Virus record (IMG/VR): IMGVR_UViG_3300037310_000072
Span: 1-31,238 of that record
Direction: 5' to 3' (one strand)
Source of the DNA: a virus
Taxonomy: Duplodnaviria > Caudoviricetes
DNA: 31,238 nt
The notes under the pieces were generated by a model. It did no database searches and had not been told where the DNA came from. It was given only the letters and a program-made list of their open reading frames with translations. Of this stretch, positions 22,384 to 31,238 are shown piece by piece; the stretch's first letter is position 1; each line of letters begins with the position of its first letter. The translations under genes were made by a program, and so were the position numbers.

Positions 22384-24597
22384 ATGGAACCCAACACCAC
22401 GCCGCCCGCGGCCCTAGACGACCCGAGCCTGGCGATCACGCAGACCGAGTACCGCGACATCATCCAGGAGATCGAGGAGCAGCCGTACTGGCGCGCCACG
22501 GCCGACAAGGAGATGGACTACGCCGACGGCAACCAGCTCGACTCCGAGCTGCTGCGCAAGCAGCGCGAACTCGGTATCCCGCCGGCCATCGAGGACCTGA
22601 TCGGGCCGGCGCTGCTGTCGATCCAGGGCTACGAGGCGGCCACGCGCACCGACTGGCGCGTGACGCCCAACGGCCAGCCCGATGGGCAAGACGTGGCCGA
22701 CGCGCTCAACTTCAAGCTCAACGAGGCCGAGCGACACGCCAAGGCCGACAAGGCGTGCTCGACCGCGTTCCGCGGCCAGATCGGATGCGGCCTCGCATGG
22801 GCCGAGGTCGCGCGGCAGTCGGACCCGTTCCGCTACCCCTACCGCTGCATGGCGGTGCACCGCAACGAAATTCACTGGGACATGAAGACCGAGGACATCG
22901 CGGATTGGCGCTGGCTGCGCCGCACGCGCTGGCTCGAAGCGGAACGACTCGCCAAGGTGTTCCCGAAGCACAGGGACCTGATCCTGATGGCCGGCCGAAG
23001 CGGGCCGTCGTGGTGGAGCGACGAGGCCCTGCACATGGATGGCGGTGCATCGACCGGCCTCAACAACGCCTGGGCCGAGGCCCGCGCGTGGACGCGCTTC
23101 GAACAGCGCTGGTACAACACGACGACGCGCGAGCTGTGCGTGGCCGAACTGTGGTATCGGCGTTGGGTGTCCGCGCCCGTGCTCAAGATGGCCGACGGCC
23201 GCGTCATCGAGTACGACAAGACCAACTCGGCGCACGACTTGGCGCTCGCGTTGGGCAAGGCCAGGGCCGAGCGCGCCATGTTCGCGCGCGTGCGACGCTC
23301 GTACTGGATCGGCCCGCACCTGCTGGACGATGGCCCGACGCCCTACACGCACCACCACTTTCCTTACGTGCCGTTCTTCGGCTTCCGCGAGGACACGACC
23401 GGCATCCCATACGGGTACGTGCGCTCGATGAAGTACCCCCAGGACAGCCTCAACACCGGGCAAGCGAAACTGCGCTGGGGCATGAACGTCGCTCGCGTCG
23501 AGCGCACGAAAGGCGCCACCGAACTGACCGACGCGCAACTGCGGCGCCAGGTTGCGCGGCCTGATGCCGACATCGTGCTCAACGCCGAGCACATGGCGAA
23601 GCCAGGAGCGCGCTTCGAGGTCGTGCGCGACTACACGTTGACCGAGCAGCACTTCCAGATGCTCGCCGACAACCGCATGTCGATCGAGCGGGTTTCTGCG
23701 GTCACCGCCGGATTCATCGGCCGCCAGGGTACCGCGCGATCTGGCGTTCAGGAGCAGACCCAGGTGGAGCAGAGCAACCAGTCGCTCGCTCACATGATGG
23801 ACAAGTTCCGCGAGGCCCGCACGATGATGGGCGAACTGCTGATGGCGATGATCGTGCAGGACATCGGCAAGGACCGGACGGCCGTGGTGATCGAGGGCGA
23901 TGCGCTTTCGCCGGAGCGCACCGTGGTACTCAACGAGCCTTCCACCGATGAGATGGGCCTGGAGTACCTGTCCAACGACGTGCAGCGCATCCGCCTCAAG
24001 GTGTCGCTGGATGACGTGCCGAGCACGAACAGCTACCGCGGTCAGCAGCTCAACGCAATGAGCGAGGCCGTCAAGGCGCTCCCGCCGCAGTACCAGGCCG
24101 CAGCGATGCCGTTCCTGGCATCGCTGATGGACGTGCCGTTCAAGCGCGAGCTGGTGGAGGCGCTGCGCGCTGCGGGTTCGGCAGAGTCGCCCGAAGCGAT
24201 CGAGCAGCGCGTGCGCAGCGACGTGGCGAACGAACTCAAGTCGCGCGAACTCGACCTGAAGCAAGCGAAGGACGAGGCCGAGATCAAGCGCATCGTGTCG
24301 CAGGCGGTGCAGGTGGGCGTGCAGTCCGCGTTCTCGGCCATGCAGGCCGCGGCTCAGATCGCTGCCAACCCGGCCATCGCGCCGGTGGCGGACATCATCA
24401 TGCAAAGCGCCGGCTACCAGGAGCCGGTGCCGGCCGGAGTCGATCCCAACTTCCCGGTGCCGCAGGCGGCGCCGACGCCGGAGCTGGCGGCCGTGCGCAC
24501 CAACACGAGCCCGACTTTCCCGCCGGTGCCCAGCGATGGCGCATCGCCGATGGGCGGCATCGAGACGCCCAGCCAGCGCGACAACCTGCCCGTGTGA
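22384..24597 (+). CDS. P22-like portal protein
   Basis: About 737 aa after terL; DYADGNQL, FPYVPFFGFR...PYGYVRSMKYPQDSLN; AGGAG RBS. Confidence 0.88.
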   Translation: MEPNTTPPAALDDPSLAITQTEYRDIIQEIEEQPYWRATADKEMDYADGNQLDSELLRKQRELGIPPAIEDLIGPALLSIQGYEAATRTDWRVTPNGQPDGQDVADALNFKLNEAERHAKADKACSTAFRGQIGCGLAWAEVARQSDPFRYPYRCMAVHRNEIHWDMKTEDIADWRWLRRTRWLEAERLAKVFPKHRDLILMAGRSGPSWWSDEALHMDGGASTGLNNAWAEARAWTRFEQRWYNTTTRELCVAELWYRRWVSAPVLKMADGRVIEYDKTNSAHDLALALGKARAERAMFARVRRSYWIGPHLLDDGPTPYTHHHFPYVPFFGFREDTTGIPYGYVRSMKYPQDSLNTGQAKLRWGMNVARVERTKGATELTDAQLRRQVARPDADIVLNAEHMAKPGARFEVVRDYTLTEQHFQMLADNRMSIERVSAVTAGFIGRQGTARSGVQEQTQVEQSNQSLAHMMDKFREARTMMGELLMAMIVQDIGKDRTAVVIEGDALSPERTVVLNEPSTDEMGLEYLSNDVQRIRLKVSLDDVPSTNSYRGQQLNAMSEAVKALPPQYQAAAMPFLASLMDVPFKRELVEALRAAGSAESPEAIEQRVRSDVANELKSRELDLKQAKDEAEIKRIVSQAVQVGVQSAFSAMQAAAQIAANPAIAPVADIIMQSAGYQEPVPAGVDPNFPVPQAAPTPELAAVRTNTSPTFPPVPSDGASPMGGIETPSQRDNLPV

Positions 24598-24732
24598 CCG
24601 CCCACTCGGGCCGCTTCCGACGGTCCTAGAGTCCCCGTCCAAGCCGAGCAATCGGTGAGACGGCGCGGGCGTTCGAGCTTCGCGCCAACCGCATGGACCC
24701 CTTGCGGCCACGGCGAGATGTGGCGGGACAGC

Positions 24733-25821
24733 ATGGACATCAACCAGCAGCAGACCGAGTTTCTTCAGTCGCTCGACGGACTTCCGACACCCGAACAGGC
24801 AGCGCAGCTCTTGGAGCTGGGCCAGGGCGATACCGGCGCTACGACGCCGGATGCAGGCGGCGCGCCCAGCGTCGCCACGGGCGCGGACGCGAGCGCGGCT
24901 CCTACCGAACCGACGAAGCAAGATGGCGCGCCAACGCCAGGCGAAGGTGCCGACGCAACGCCGCAGGGCGGGGCGGCCAAGCCCGACCCGGACAAGGCAG
25001 TGATCTTGGCAAAGGATGGCGTGCACACCATCGGCTACGAAAAGCTGGTGGAGGCGCGCGAGGACGCAAAGACCTGGCGGCAGAAGGCCGAGGAAGCGGA
25101 ACGGCAGATTGCGGCGCTCACGGCGCAGCAGCAGGCCGCCGCAGCCGCACCCACGGCCACGGCCACGGCATCAGCGCAAGAACCCACCGAGCCCGCACCC
25201 AATGCTGGCGCGGTGGACATGAAGGCGCTGATCCGCGAGCACCACGCCGCGATGGTCAATGGCGAAGACGACAAGGCGCTCGAACTGGCCGAAAGGATCC
25301 AGGCCGAGAACCGGCGCCTTGCCATCGAGCAGGCGCGCGCTGAGGTCAATGCCACGCTGGCACCACTCCAGCAACGGCAAGCGACCGACGCCACCGCGCA
25401 GCACTTCGCGGCCATCCTGGCGAAGCACCCGGACCTCGACTCGCTCGCCGAGTCGCAGGAACTGCGTTCGTTCATCGACGCGCAGCCGAGCTTCGTGCGC
25501 GACTCCTACGACGCGGTGCTCAAGCAGGGCACGGCGGCGCAGGTGATCGAGCTGTTCGATCGGTTCAAGGAAGCCACGGGACGAAACGCACCTGCGTCGG
25601 CGCCATCGCCGGCCAGCGTGAAGGCTGCTGCTGCTGCGGCCATTGCCAAGGCTGCCGCACCAGCGGCGCCGGCGAGCCTGTCCGACATCCCGGGCGGAAA
25701 GCCCGGCGGTGCGGCGACGCGCGAGGAGCAGTGGCAGCAGATGGATGGAGTGGCCCTGGCCGAAGCGATGGCGGAAGCCTCGCCAGACCAGATCGAGAGG
25801 TTCTTGAACCGGCGCGTGTAA
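24733..25821 (+). CDS. Scaffolding protein
   Basis: Acidic Ala/Pro-rich coiled-coil protein between portal and capsid; KDGVHTIGYEKL. Confidence 0.75.
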   Translation: MDINQQQTEFLQSLDGLPTPEQAAQLLELGQGDTGATTPDAGGAPSVATGADASAAPTEPTKQDGAPTPGEGADATPQGGAAKPDPDKAVILAKDGVHTIGYEKLVEAREDAKTWRQKAEEAERQIAALTAQQQAAAAAPTATATASAQEPTEPAPNAGAVDMKALIREHHAAMVNGEDDKALELAERIQAENRRLAIEQARAEVNATLAPLQQRQATDATAQHFAAILAKHPDLDSLAESQELRSFIDAQPSFVRDSYDAVLKQGTAAQVIELFDRFKEATGRNAPASAPSPASVKAAAAAAIAKAAAPAAPASLSDIPGGKPGGAATREEQWQQMDGVALAEAMAEASPDQIERFLNRRV

Positions 25822-25857
25822 CCAACCCGAACAGCGCCGGGCAACAAGGAGTCAAGC

Positions 25858-27153
25858 ATGCCCGCACCGACGAAAACGGCCGCCGCCTACGGCGATGCCA
25901 CCAACATGGTCCAACAGGCCGCCGGCCTGTTCGCGACCCACATGCAGCGCAACAGCACGTTCAATCGCCTCACGGGCAAGATGCCCAAGGGCGAGGACGG
26001 CGCGATGGCGACGCTGCGCAAGCAGACCTCGCAGCACATGCCCATCGTCACCTGCCAAGACCTCGGCAAAGGCGAAGGCGACGAGGTGGAGTTCCACCTG
26101 CTCAACCCGGTGAACGCGAAGCCCATCATGGGCAGTGCCTACGCCGAGGGCAAGGGCACCGGCATGAAGCTGTCCGAGGACCGCGTGCGCGTCAACCAGG
26201 CGCGCTTCCCGGTGAGCCTCGGCGACACCATGACCGACATCCGCTCGCCGGCCGACTTCCGGCGCCTCGGGCGCCCGGTCGCGCAGAACCTGATGGACCG
26301 CTACATCGACCAGTCGATGCTGGTCCACCTGTGCGGCGCGCGCGGCTTCCAGGACAACGTGGAGTGGGTCGTGCCGCTGGCGTCCGATCCCGACTTCGCC
26401 TCGATCATGGTGAACACGGTCAAGGCGCCCACGAAGAATCGGCACTTCCTGGCCGACTCGACCGACGGCGTGAAGGCGTTCGTCCTGAGCGGCGGCGACG
26501 CCGACCTGGGCACCACCGACCTGTTCTCGATCGCCACCGTGGACGCGATGCGCACGGTCATGGACCAGATGGTCCTGCCGCCCCCGATCGTGAAGCTCGA
26601 AGGCGACGAGATGGCCGAGGACTCGCCGCTGCGCGTGTGGCTGATGTCGCCGGCGCAGTACAACCTGTTCGCCAAGGACAGCTCGTTCCGCAACTTCCAG
26701 GCGTCGGCGTTCGCGCGCGCCAGCCGCGCCAAGCAGCACCCGCTGTTCCTGGGCGAGGCCGGCCTGTGGAACGGCTTCCTGCTCATGAAGATGCCGCGGC
26801 CGATCCGGTTCTACGCTGGCGACACGATCAAGTTCTGCGCGTCGGCAACGTCGGAAACCGAGTCCAACGCCCTCGCGGCGGCGGCCCTGGGCACCGGCTT
26901 CGCGATCGACCGCTCGATCATCCTGGGCGGCCAGGCGCTGGCGCACGCGATGGCCTCGTCGAAGAAGTCGGGCATCCCGTTCTTCTGGAGCGAGAAGGAG
27001 CTGGACCACGGCGACAAGGCCGAGCTGCTGATCGGTGCCGTGCGCGGCTGCTCCAAGGTTCGCTTCGCGGTGGACAACGGCGACACGAGCGAGATCACCG
27101 ACTACGGCGTCGTGGTCGTGGATTCCGTCGTGCCGCGCGTGGCCGGCCAGTAA
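25858..27153 (+). CDS. Major capsid protein (N4-gp56/DUF4043-like)
   Basis: DLGKGEGDEVEF, AEGKG, HPLFLGEAGLWNG, WSEKELDHGD, DYGVVVVD; AAGGAG RBS. Confidence 0.9.
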   Translation: MPAPTKTAAAYGDATNMVQQAAGLFATHMQRNSTFNRLTGKMPKGEDGAMATLRKQTSQHMPIVTCQDLGKGEGDEVEFHLLNPVNAKPIMGSAYAEGKGTGMKLSEDRVRVNQARFPVSLGDTMTDIRSPADFRRLGRPVAQNLMDRYIDQSMLVHLCGARGFQDNVEWVVPLASDPDFASIMVNTVKAPTKNRHFLADSTDGVKAFVLSGGDADLGTTDLFSIATVDAMRTVMDQMVLPPPIVKLEGDEMAEDSPLRVWLMSPAQYNLFAKDSSFRNFQASAFARASRAKQHPLFLGEAGLWNGFLLMKMPRPIRFYAGDTIKFCASATSETESNALAAAALGTGFAIDRSIILGGQALAHAMASSKKSGIPFFWSEKELDHGDKAELLIGAVRGCSKVRFAVDNGDTSEITDYGVVVVDSVVPRVAGQ

Positions 27154-27183
27154 CCCAACCTGAACTGAGATAGGAGAGCCAAC

Positions 27184-27663
27184 ATGGCCGACTACACCAA
27201 GAAGCAACCCCGTTCGGGCAAGCACGGCGCCACGCCCTACGGCAACCAGGTGTCGTATGCGTTCGACTTCGCCACCAACGCCTCGGGCGTGCCGCTGAAC
27301 AGCGACGCGACTGCGGCGCTGACGGCGAGCGACACCATCCGACTGGGCGTGATCCCGGCCGGCACCAAGCTACTCGACTCCATCCACATCCTCAGCGATG
27401 CCTTCACGGCCACGGCGACGTGCAAGCTGGGCTTCGCCTACGTGGACGGCGTGGACAGCACCGCGGTGCCGCAGGACGCGGACTACTTCGCCGCGGCGCT
27501 GGACCTCAACACGGTGGCGATCACCCGCAAGAGCAACGCGGGCGCGCGCCCGGTCACGCTGCCGAAGGACGCCTACCTCGTGCTCGACCTCGACGTTGCG
27601 ACGCTGGCCGCCGCTGGCGTGCTCGACATCGTGGTCCTGGGCGAGATGGTCGGCGCGGCCTAA
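27184..27663 (+). CDS. Capsid decoration/cement protein (putative)
   Basis: Beta-rich 159 aa directly after the capsid gene; strong RBS. Confidence 0.65.
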   Translation: MADYTKKQPRSGKHGATPYGNQVSYAFDFATNASGVPLNSDATAALTASDTIRLGVIPAGTKLLDSIHILSDAFTATATCKLGFAYVDGVDSTAVPQDADYFAAALDLNTVAITRKSNAGARPVTLPKDAYLVLDLDVATLAAAGVLDIVVLGEMVGAA

Positions 27664-27702
27664 GCGGCGCAAGCCGCGCACTGAGCGCACTGAGAGAACC
27701 CA

Positions 27703-27730
27703 CGGGGGCGGCCTTGGCGGGCTGCCCCCG
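27703..27730 (+). terminator. GC-rich hairpin after the capsid genes
   Basis: CGGGGGCGGCC...GGCTGCCCCCG; no U-tract. Confidence 0.4.
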
Positions 27731-27752
27731 GTAGATGAGAGAGGAGTACGCC

Positions 27753-28178
27753 ATGAGCAGCGACGACCGACTGCCGATCAAGTACATCTTCCGGCGCGAG
27801 CGCTGGGTGGATCGCATCTACGGCTCGGGCCTGGAGTTCACGACCGGTCAGACGCGCGTGGTGCCACGCGACCTTGGGCTCAAGCTCCTGCGCCATACCG
27901 ACACCTTCACGCTCGACATCGACGCGCTGCCGCCGCTGGAGCCAACCGAGGCTGAGCAGACGCAGGCCGCGCTCGACGCCGCAGCCAAGGAAAAGGAAGA
28001 AGAAGCGCGCCGCCAAGACGAGCTGTTCGCGATGCACGACAGCATCGACGCGATGGACAAGGCCGCGCTCTCGCGGTTCGTGAGCGACAAGTTCCAACTC
28101 GACCTCGATCAGAGCCTGTCGATCGACGACATGCGCATCGAGGCCAAGGCGCTCATCGACCGCTTCGGGCCGACGTGA
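27753..28178 (+). CDS. Hypothetical head-region protein
   Basis: GAGGAG RBS; acidic helical C-terminus. Confidence 0.7.
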   Translation: MSSDDRLPIKYIFRRERWVDRIYGSGLEFTTGQTRVVPRDLGLKLLRHTDTFTLDIDALPPLEPTEAEQTQAALDAAAKEKEEEARRQDELFAMHDSIDAMDKAALSRFVSDKFQLDLDQSLSIDDMRIEAKALIDRFGPT

Positions 28179-28858
28179 AGCGACGCGACATCTTCGACGT
28201 TTTCAGGCGGCGCATGCACGACCTGGAGAAGCCGTACCTGTGGTCGGACGATGACCTGTCCGAGTACCTGGACGATGCGCAGCGCGAGGCGGCCGAGCGA
28301 TCGGTGCTGCTGCGAGACTCGCGCACGCCAGAGGTGTGCCAGATCACCGTCGCCGCCAACGTCGCGGCATACGAGCTGGATCACCGCATCATCGAGGTGC
28401 TGCGCGCCAAGCTCGACTTGCAAACCCGCCCGCTGACGCTGACGACGACTGAAGCGCTCGACATCGACTACCCGGGGTGGGAGTCGAAAGAGGCCGATGA
28501 GCCGCAGATGCTGGCGATCGATCGCGAAGGTGATGCCTGGACGGCCATGTTTGTGCCGCCTCCGAGCGCGGCCGACGTGTTGCGCCTGCAAGTGCACCGG
28601 CTGCCGCTCGAACCGACCATCAAGGACGACTGCGAGCCCGAGATTCATGAGCGCCTGCACATCAAGCTGATCGACTGGATGGTCCACCGCGCGTACTTGA
28701 AGGACGACGGCGAGACGCTGGACACCGACAAAGCCGAGAAGGCCGAGAAGGCGTTCGAGATGACGTTTGGCCCCAAGCGCAACATCAAGGACGGCGCGGT
28801 GCACCACGATCAGCAGTTCCCCGTGGTCCGCTCGGCCGACATCGTGGGGGCGCTGTAG
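28175..28858 (+). CDS. Head-tail adaptor protein
   Basis: PYLWSDDDLSEYLDDAQREAA...PEIHERLHIKLIDWMVHRAYLKDD; position in the head operon. Confidence 0.75.
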   Translation: MKRRDIFDVFRRRMHDLEKPYLWSDDDLSEYLDDAQREAAERSVLLRDSRTPEVCQITVAANVAAYELDHRIIEVLRAKLDLQTRPLTLTTTEALDIDYPGWESKEADEPQMLAIDREGDAWTAMFVPPPSAADVLRLQVHRLPLEPTIKDDCEPEIHERLHIKLIDWMVHRAYLKDDGETLDTDKAEKAEKAFEMTFGPKRNIKDGAVHHDQQFPVVRSADIVGAL

Positions 28859-28862
28859 GGTC

Positions 28863-29465
28863 ATGAGCTGCGAGCGCGTCAACCTGGAAGTGCAGCAGGG
28901 CGCCACGTTCACCTACGTGGTCCGCTGGGAGACGACCCCGATCGTCTACAAGCCGATCACGGCCATCATCGCGCAGGCGCCGGTGCGCATCACCGCGCCG
29001 AGTCATGGCCTCGTGAGCGGTTGGCGCGCGGCCGTGGTGCGAGTGCGCGGCATGCGCCAGGTGAACGCCGAGCATGACCCTCCTCGCGACGAGGACTACC
29101 ACCAGGTAACGGTCATCGACTCGACCACGGTGGACATGAACGAGGTCAACGCCGCCAACTACTCGACGTACTCGGGTGGCGGCTATCTCCAGTTCAACAC
29201 GCCCACCGATCTCGCCAACTTCACGGCGCGCATGACGGTGCGCGATCGGATCGGCGGCACGGAACTGCTGTCGCTGACCACCGAGAACGGCCGCATCGCG
29301 ATCGACAACGCGGCCAAGACGATCACCCTCACGCTGGCGGCGACGGACACCGACGACCTGGCGTTCGACACCGGCGTGTACGACCTGGAGATGGTCAGCG
29401 TCGGCGGAGTCGTGACGCGGCTTCTCGAAGGCCGCATCAACGTGTCCAAGGAAGCAACCACCTGA
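28863..29465 (+). CDS. Virion beta-sandwich protein with inserted FCCH-like beta domain
   Basis: NLEVQQGATF...FTARMTVR...GVYDLEM...RLLEG frame with ITAPSHGL...GMRQVN...YSTYSGGG insert. Confidence 0.65.
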   Translation: MSCERVNLEVQQGATFTYVVRWETTPIVYKPITAIIAQAPVRITAPSHGLVSGWRAAVVRVRGMRQVNAEHDPPRDEDYHQVTVIDSTTVDMNEVNAANYSTYSGGGYLQFNTPTDLANFTARMTVRDRIGGTELLSLTTENGRIAIDNAAKTITLTLAATDTDDLAFDTGVYDLEMVSVGGVVTRLLEGRINVSKEATT

Positions 29466-29474
29466 GAGCCAACC

Positions 29475-29705
29475 ATGAACGTGCAAGCCATCCCCCAAGA
29501 CGAGCCCCTGATCTGGACGATCCGCGGCAACGTGCCCATGTCGTCGCTGCATCCGGCCGACATGCAGTGGGTCATCAACGACGACTTCATCAAAGTCGTC
29601 GAGCGCTACCGCGCGATCGACACCGGCGAAGTGGTGAAGGAGTCGGCGCACGTCTACGACCGCAAGGGCACCTTCGCCGCCGGCTTGGCCGCGTCGATGG
29701 GCTGA
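29475..29705 (+). CDS. Hypothetical protein
   Basis: PLIWTIRGNVP...GEVVKESAHV; in operon. Confidence 0.7.
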   Translation: MNVQAIPQDEPLIWTIRGNVPMSSLHPADMQWVINDDFIKVVERYRAIDTGEVVKESAHVYDRKGTFAAGLAASMG

Positions 29706-29735
29706 CATCCACCTCGTGACCAAGGAGCACATCAC

Positions 29736-30332
29736 ATGAGCACCAAGACCCGTTCGCGCATCGGCAATCTGTTCCGTGTCGCAGACCCCGACGCGCCCAT
29801 CGGGCGCGCGTTTGCCGCCGACGCCGCGGCCCATGCCATTGCTTGCTGCGCGACGTTGCTGGAAGCCAACACCCAGGCAATGTGCACCAGTTTTAAGGGC
29901 GAGCTACTGTCCGGCTACCACCAGTTCGGCGCCGCCACACTCACCTCGCGCGGCAGCCTGACGGCCCCGACCAAGGACAGCTACAAGGCGGCCCTCTACC
30001 TGGCTTCGGCGACGTACAACGCATCGACCACCGCCTACAGTGCAACGGGCGAAGTCAGCGGCACGAACTACACCGCCGGCGGCATCGCTGTCACCAACGC
30101 CAACGACCCGAGCACGTCGGGCACGACTGCGATCTGGACGCCGAGCGCGTCGCTGGTCTACACCAACGTGACGCTCTCGACCGCGTTCGATGCCGTGCTG
30201 ATCTACAACGACACGCAGGCCGATCGCGCTGTCAGCGTGCACACGTTCGGCTCGCAGACCATCACCGCCGGCACGTTCACGCTGACGATGCCGACCAACG
30301 ATGCGTCCAACGCGCTCATCAGGATCGCGTGA
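29736..30332 (+). CDS. Putative virion structural protein
   Basis: Thr/Ala/Ser-rich; QAMCTSFKGELL...KAALY...TTAYSATGEVSGTNYTAGG; AAGGAG RBS. Confidence 0.7.
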   Translation: MSTKTRSRIGNLFRVADPDAPIGRAFAADAAAHAIACCATLLEANTQAMCTSFKGELLSGYHQFGAATLTSRGSLTAPTKDSYKAALYLASATYNASTTAYSATGEVSGTNYTAGGIAVTNANDPSTSGTTAIWTPSASLVYTNVTLSTAFDAVLIYNDTQADRAVSVHTFGSQTITAGTFTLTMPTNDASNALIRIA

Positions 30333-30658
30333 TGAGCGCAGCAGTGCTTGACGCACCCACGCGCGCGCCAACGCCTGCCGCGTGGTCGGCGACCTCCTGG
30401 AAGGGCGTGGTCGCCGTGCAGCGCCCGCAGTGGTCAGGCCCGGACGCGCCGTGCAGGGTGTTTTCTGCGCGCGCGATCGAGTTCAACGGCCGCCGCGCGG
30501 TGCTGGTCGATGTGCCCTACAGCATGGTGGCGCACTACTTCGACTCCGACGACGACGAGACGGTCTACGTCGAGGCCGAGGTGATCGATCAGCACCTGCA
30601 ACTGCACGGCAAGTCGAACTTCAAGGAATGGGCCTACTTCTCGGCCTCTCGCAACTGA
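30329..30658 (+). CDS. Hypothetical protein
   Basis: Start overlaps the upstream stop; fills the operon gap. Confidence 0.65.
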   Translation: MMSAAVLDAPTRAPTPAAWSATSWKGVVAVQRPQWSGPDAPCRVFSARAIEFNGRRAVLVDVPYSMVAHYFDSDDDETVYVEAEVIDQHLQLHGKSNFKEWAYFSASRN

Positions 30659-30671
30659 AAGGAGCTGCATC

Positions 30672-31157
30672 ATGTTCATGTACAACATCCGCACCCCGTA
30701 CAACGGCCAGGCCACGGCCACGCTGGGCGCGACCACGACGCAGCTCGGCACCCTGGTGGCCGCGGCGCTGCGCGGGTTCTTCATCACCGAACTCGACTTC
30801 GAGGGCATGGGCGCAGGCACCAGCTCGAACAACGAACTCGGCGTCTTCCGCATCGGCACTGCTGGCGTAACTGGCTCGAACGCGCTCCAGATTCGTCCGG
30901 TGAACCCGGCGTCGCCTGCGGCAGCCATGACGGCGTTCTTCACCTACGCCACGCAGCCGATCATCGTCGCCTCGACCGATCCGGTGCAGAACTGCCCGTT
31001 CAACGGCAACGGCCAGCGGTACAACTGGAAGGCGCTGCCCAACTACAGCGACGCGATTTGGGTGCCGCCCGGCAACAACGCCGCCGCCTCGGTCGGCTTG
31101 TTCCCGATGCAGGGCACCGCCGCCTTCGTCGGGCGCGTCAAGGTGTGCGAAGTCTGA
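30672..31157 (+). CDS. Putative virion structural protein
   Basis: AAGGAG RBS; beta-rich, low-charge composition. Confidence 0.65.
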   Translation: MFMYNIRTPYNGQATATLGATTTQLGTLVAAALRGFFITELDFEGMGAGTSSNNELGVFRIGTAGVTGSNALQIRPVNPASPAAAMTAFFTYATQPIIVASTDPVQNCPFNGNGQRYNWKALPNYSDAIWVPPGNNAAASVGLFPMQGTAAFVGRVKVCEV

Positions 31158-31238
31158 GCGCCGGCGCGCGCTGACGGGGCCAATCATGGGCTTCCGATCG
31201 GGGTGGCGCGGCAGCAGGCCGCGCCGCGTGACCGCGTT

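Noticed and set aside
22414-27225. Very long minus-strand ORFs opposite portal and capsid (also opposite terL and the ATPase)
   Set aside because: Antisense shadows of GC-rich coding sequence with no motifs.
27676-27693. Tandem GCGCACTGA, also seen before terL near 20789
   Set aside because: Too short in GC-rich DNA to support a regulatory call.
28950-29200. FCCH-like domain as evidence of a ubiquitin E1
   Set aside because: This beta domain is common in phage virion proteins, and no adenylation domain is present.
1-31238. tRNA, rRNA, integrase, reverse transcriptase/DGR, lysis cassette
   Set aside because: None recognised by eye; they may lie outside the window, and tRNAscan/HMM searches were not run.

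Overview
GC-rich tailed dsDNA phage or prophage segment; the host is probably a betaproteobacterium (inference from composition and gene families). The leftward early arm (1-10448) carries a YqaJ exonuclease, an HNH endonuclease, a C-terminal Gly-Gly protein with a Cys/His partner, a RecT-like annealase, small accessory genes and a Ycf46-like AAA+ ATPase with an HNH-containing intein in its Walker A motif. A short divergent control region has AAC-N4-GTT operator-like repeats and a Cro-like gene but no CI. The rightward arm carries a DUF1376/YdaU-like initiator with internal repeats, a DUF6475 partner, NinX, RusA, two candidate anti-defence sponge genes, TerS/TerL, a P22-like portal, scaffold, N4-gp56/DUF4043-like major capsid and head-completion/virion genes. 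The most striking feature is an integrase-less array of integron attC-like sites (12432-14660) between the two replication genes. Three of its four units are bounded by their own perfectly complementary 9-10 bp core pair, and the attC polarity is opposite to the cargo genes. A second candidate new system is the Gly-Gly protein plus Cys/His protein pair (1410-2553). All family assignments come from motif recognition by eye, not database searches.
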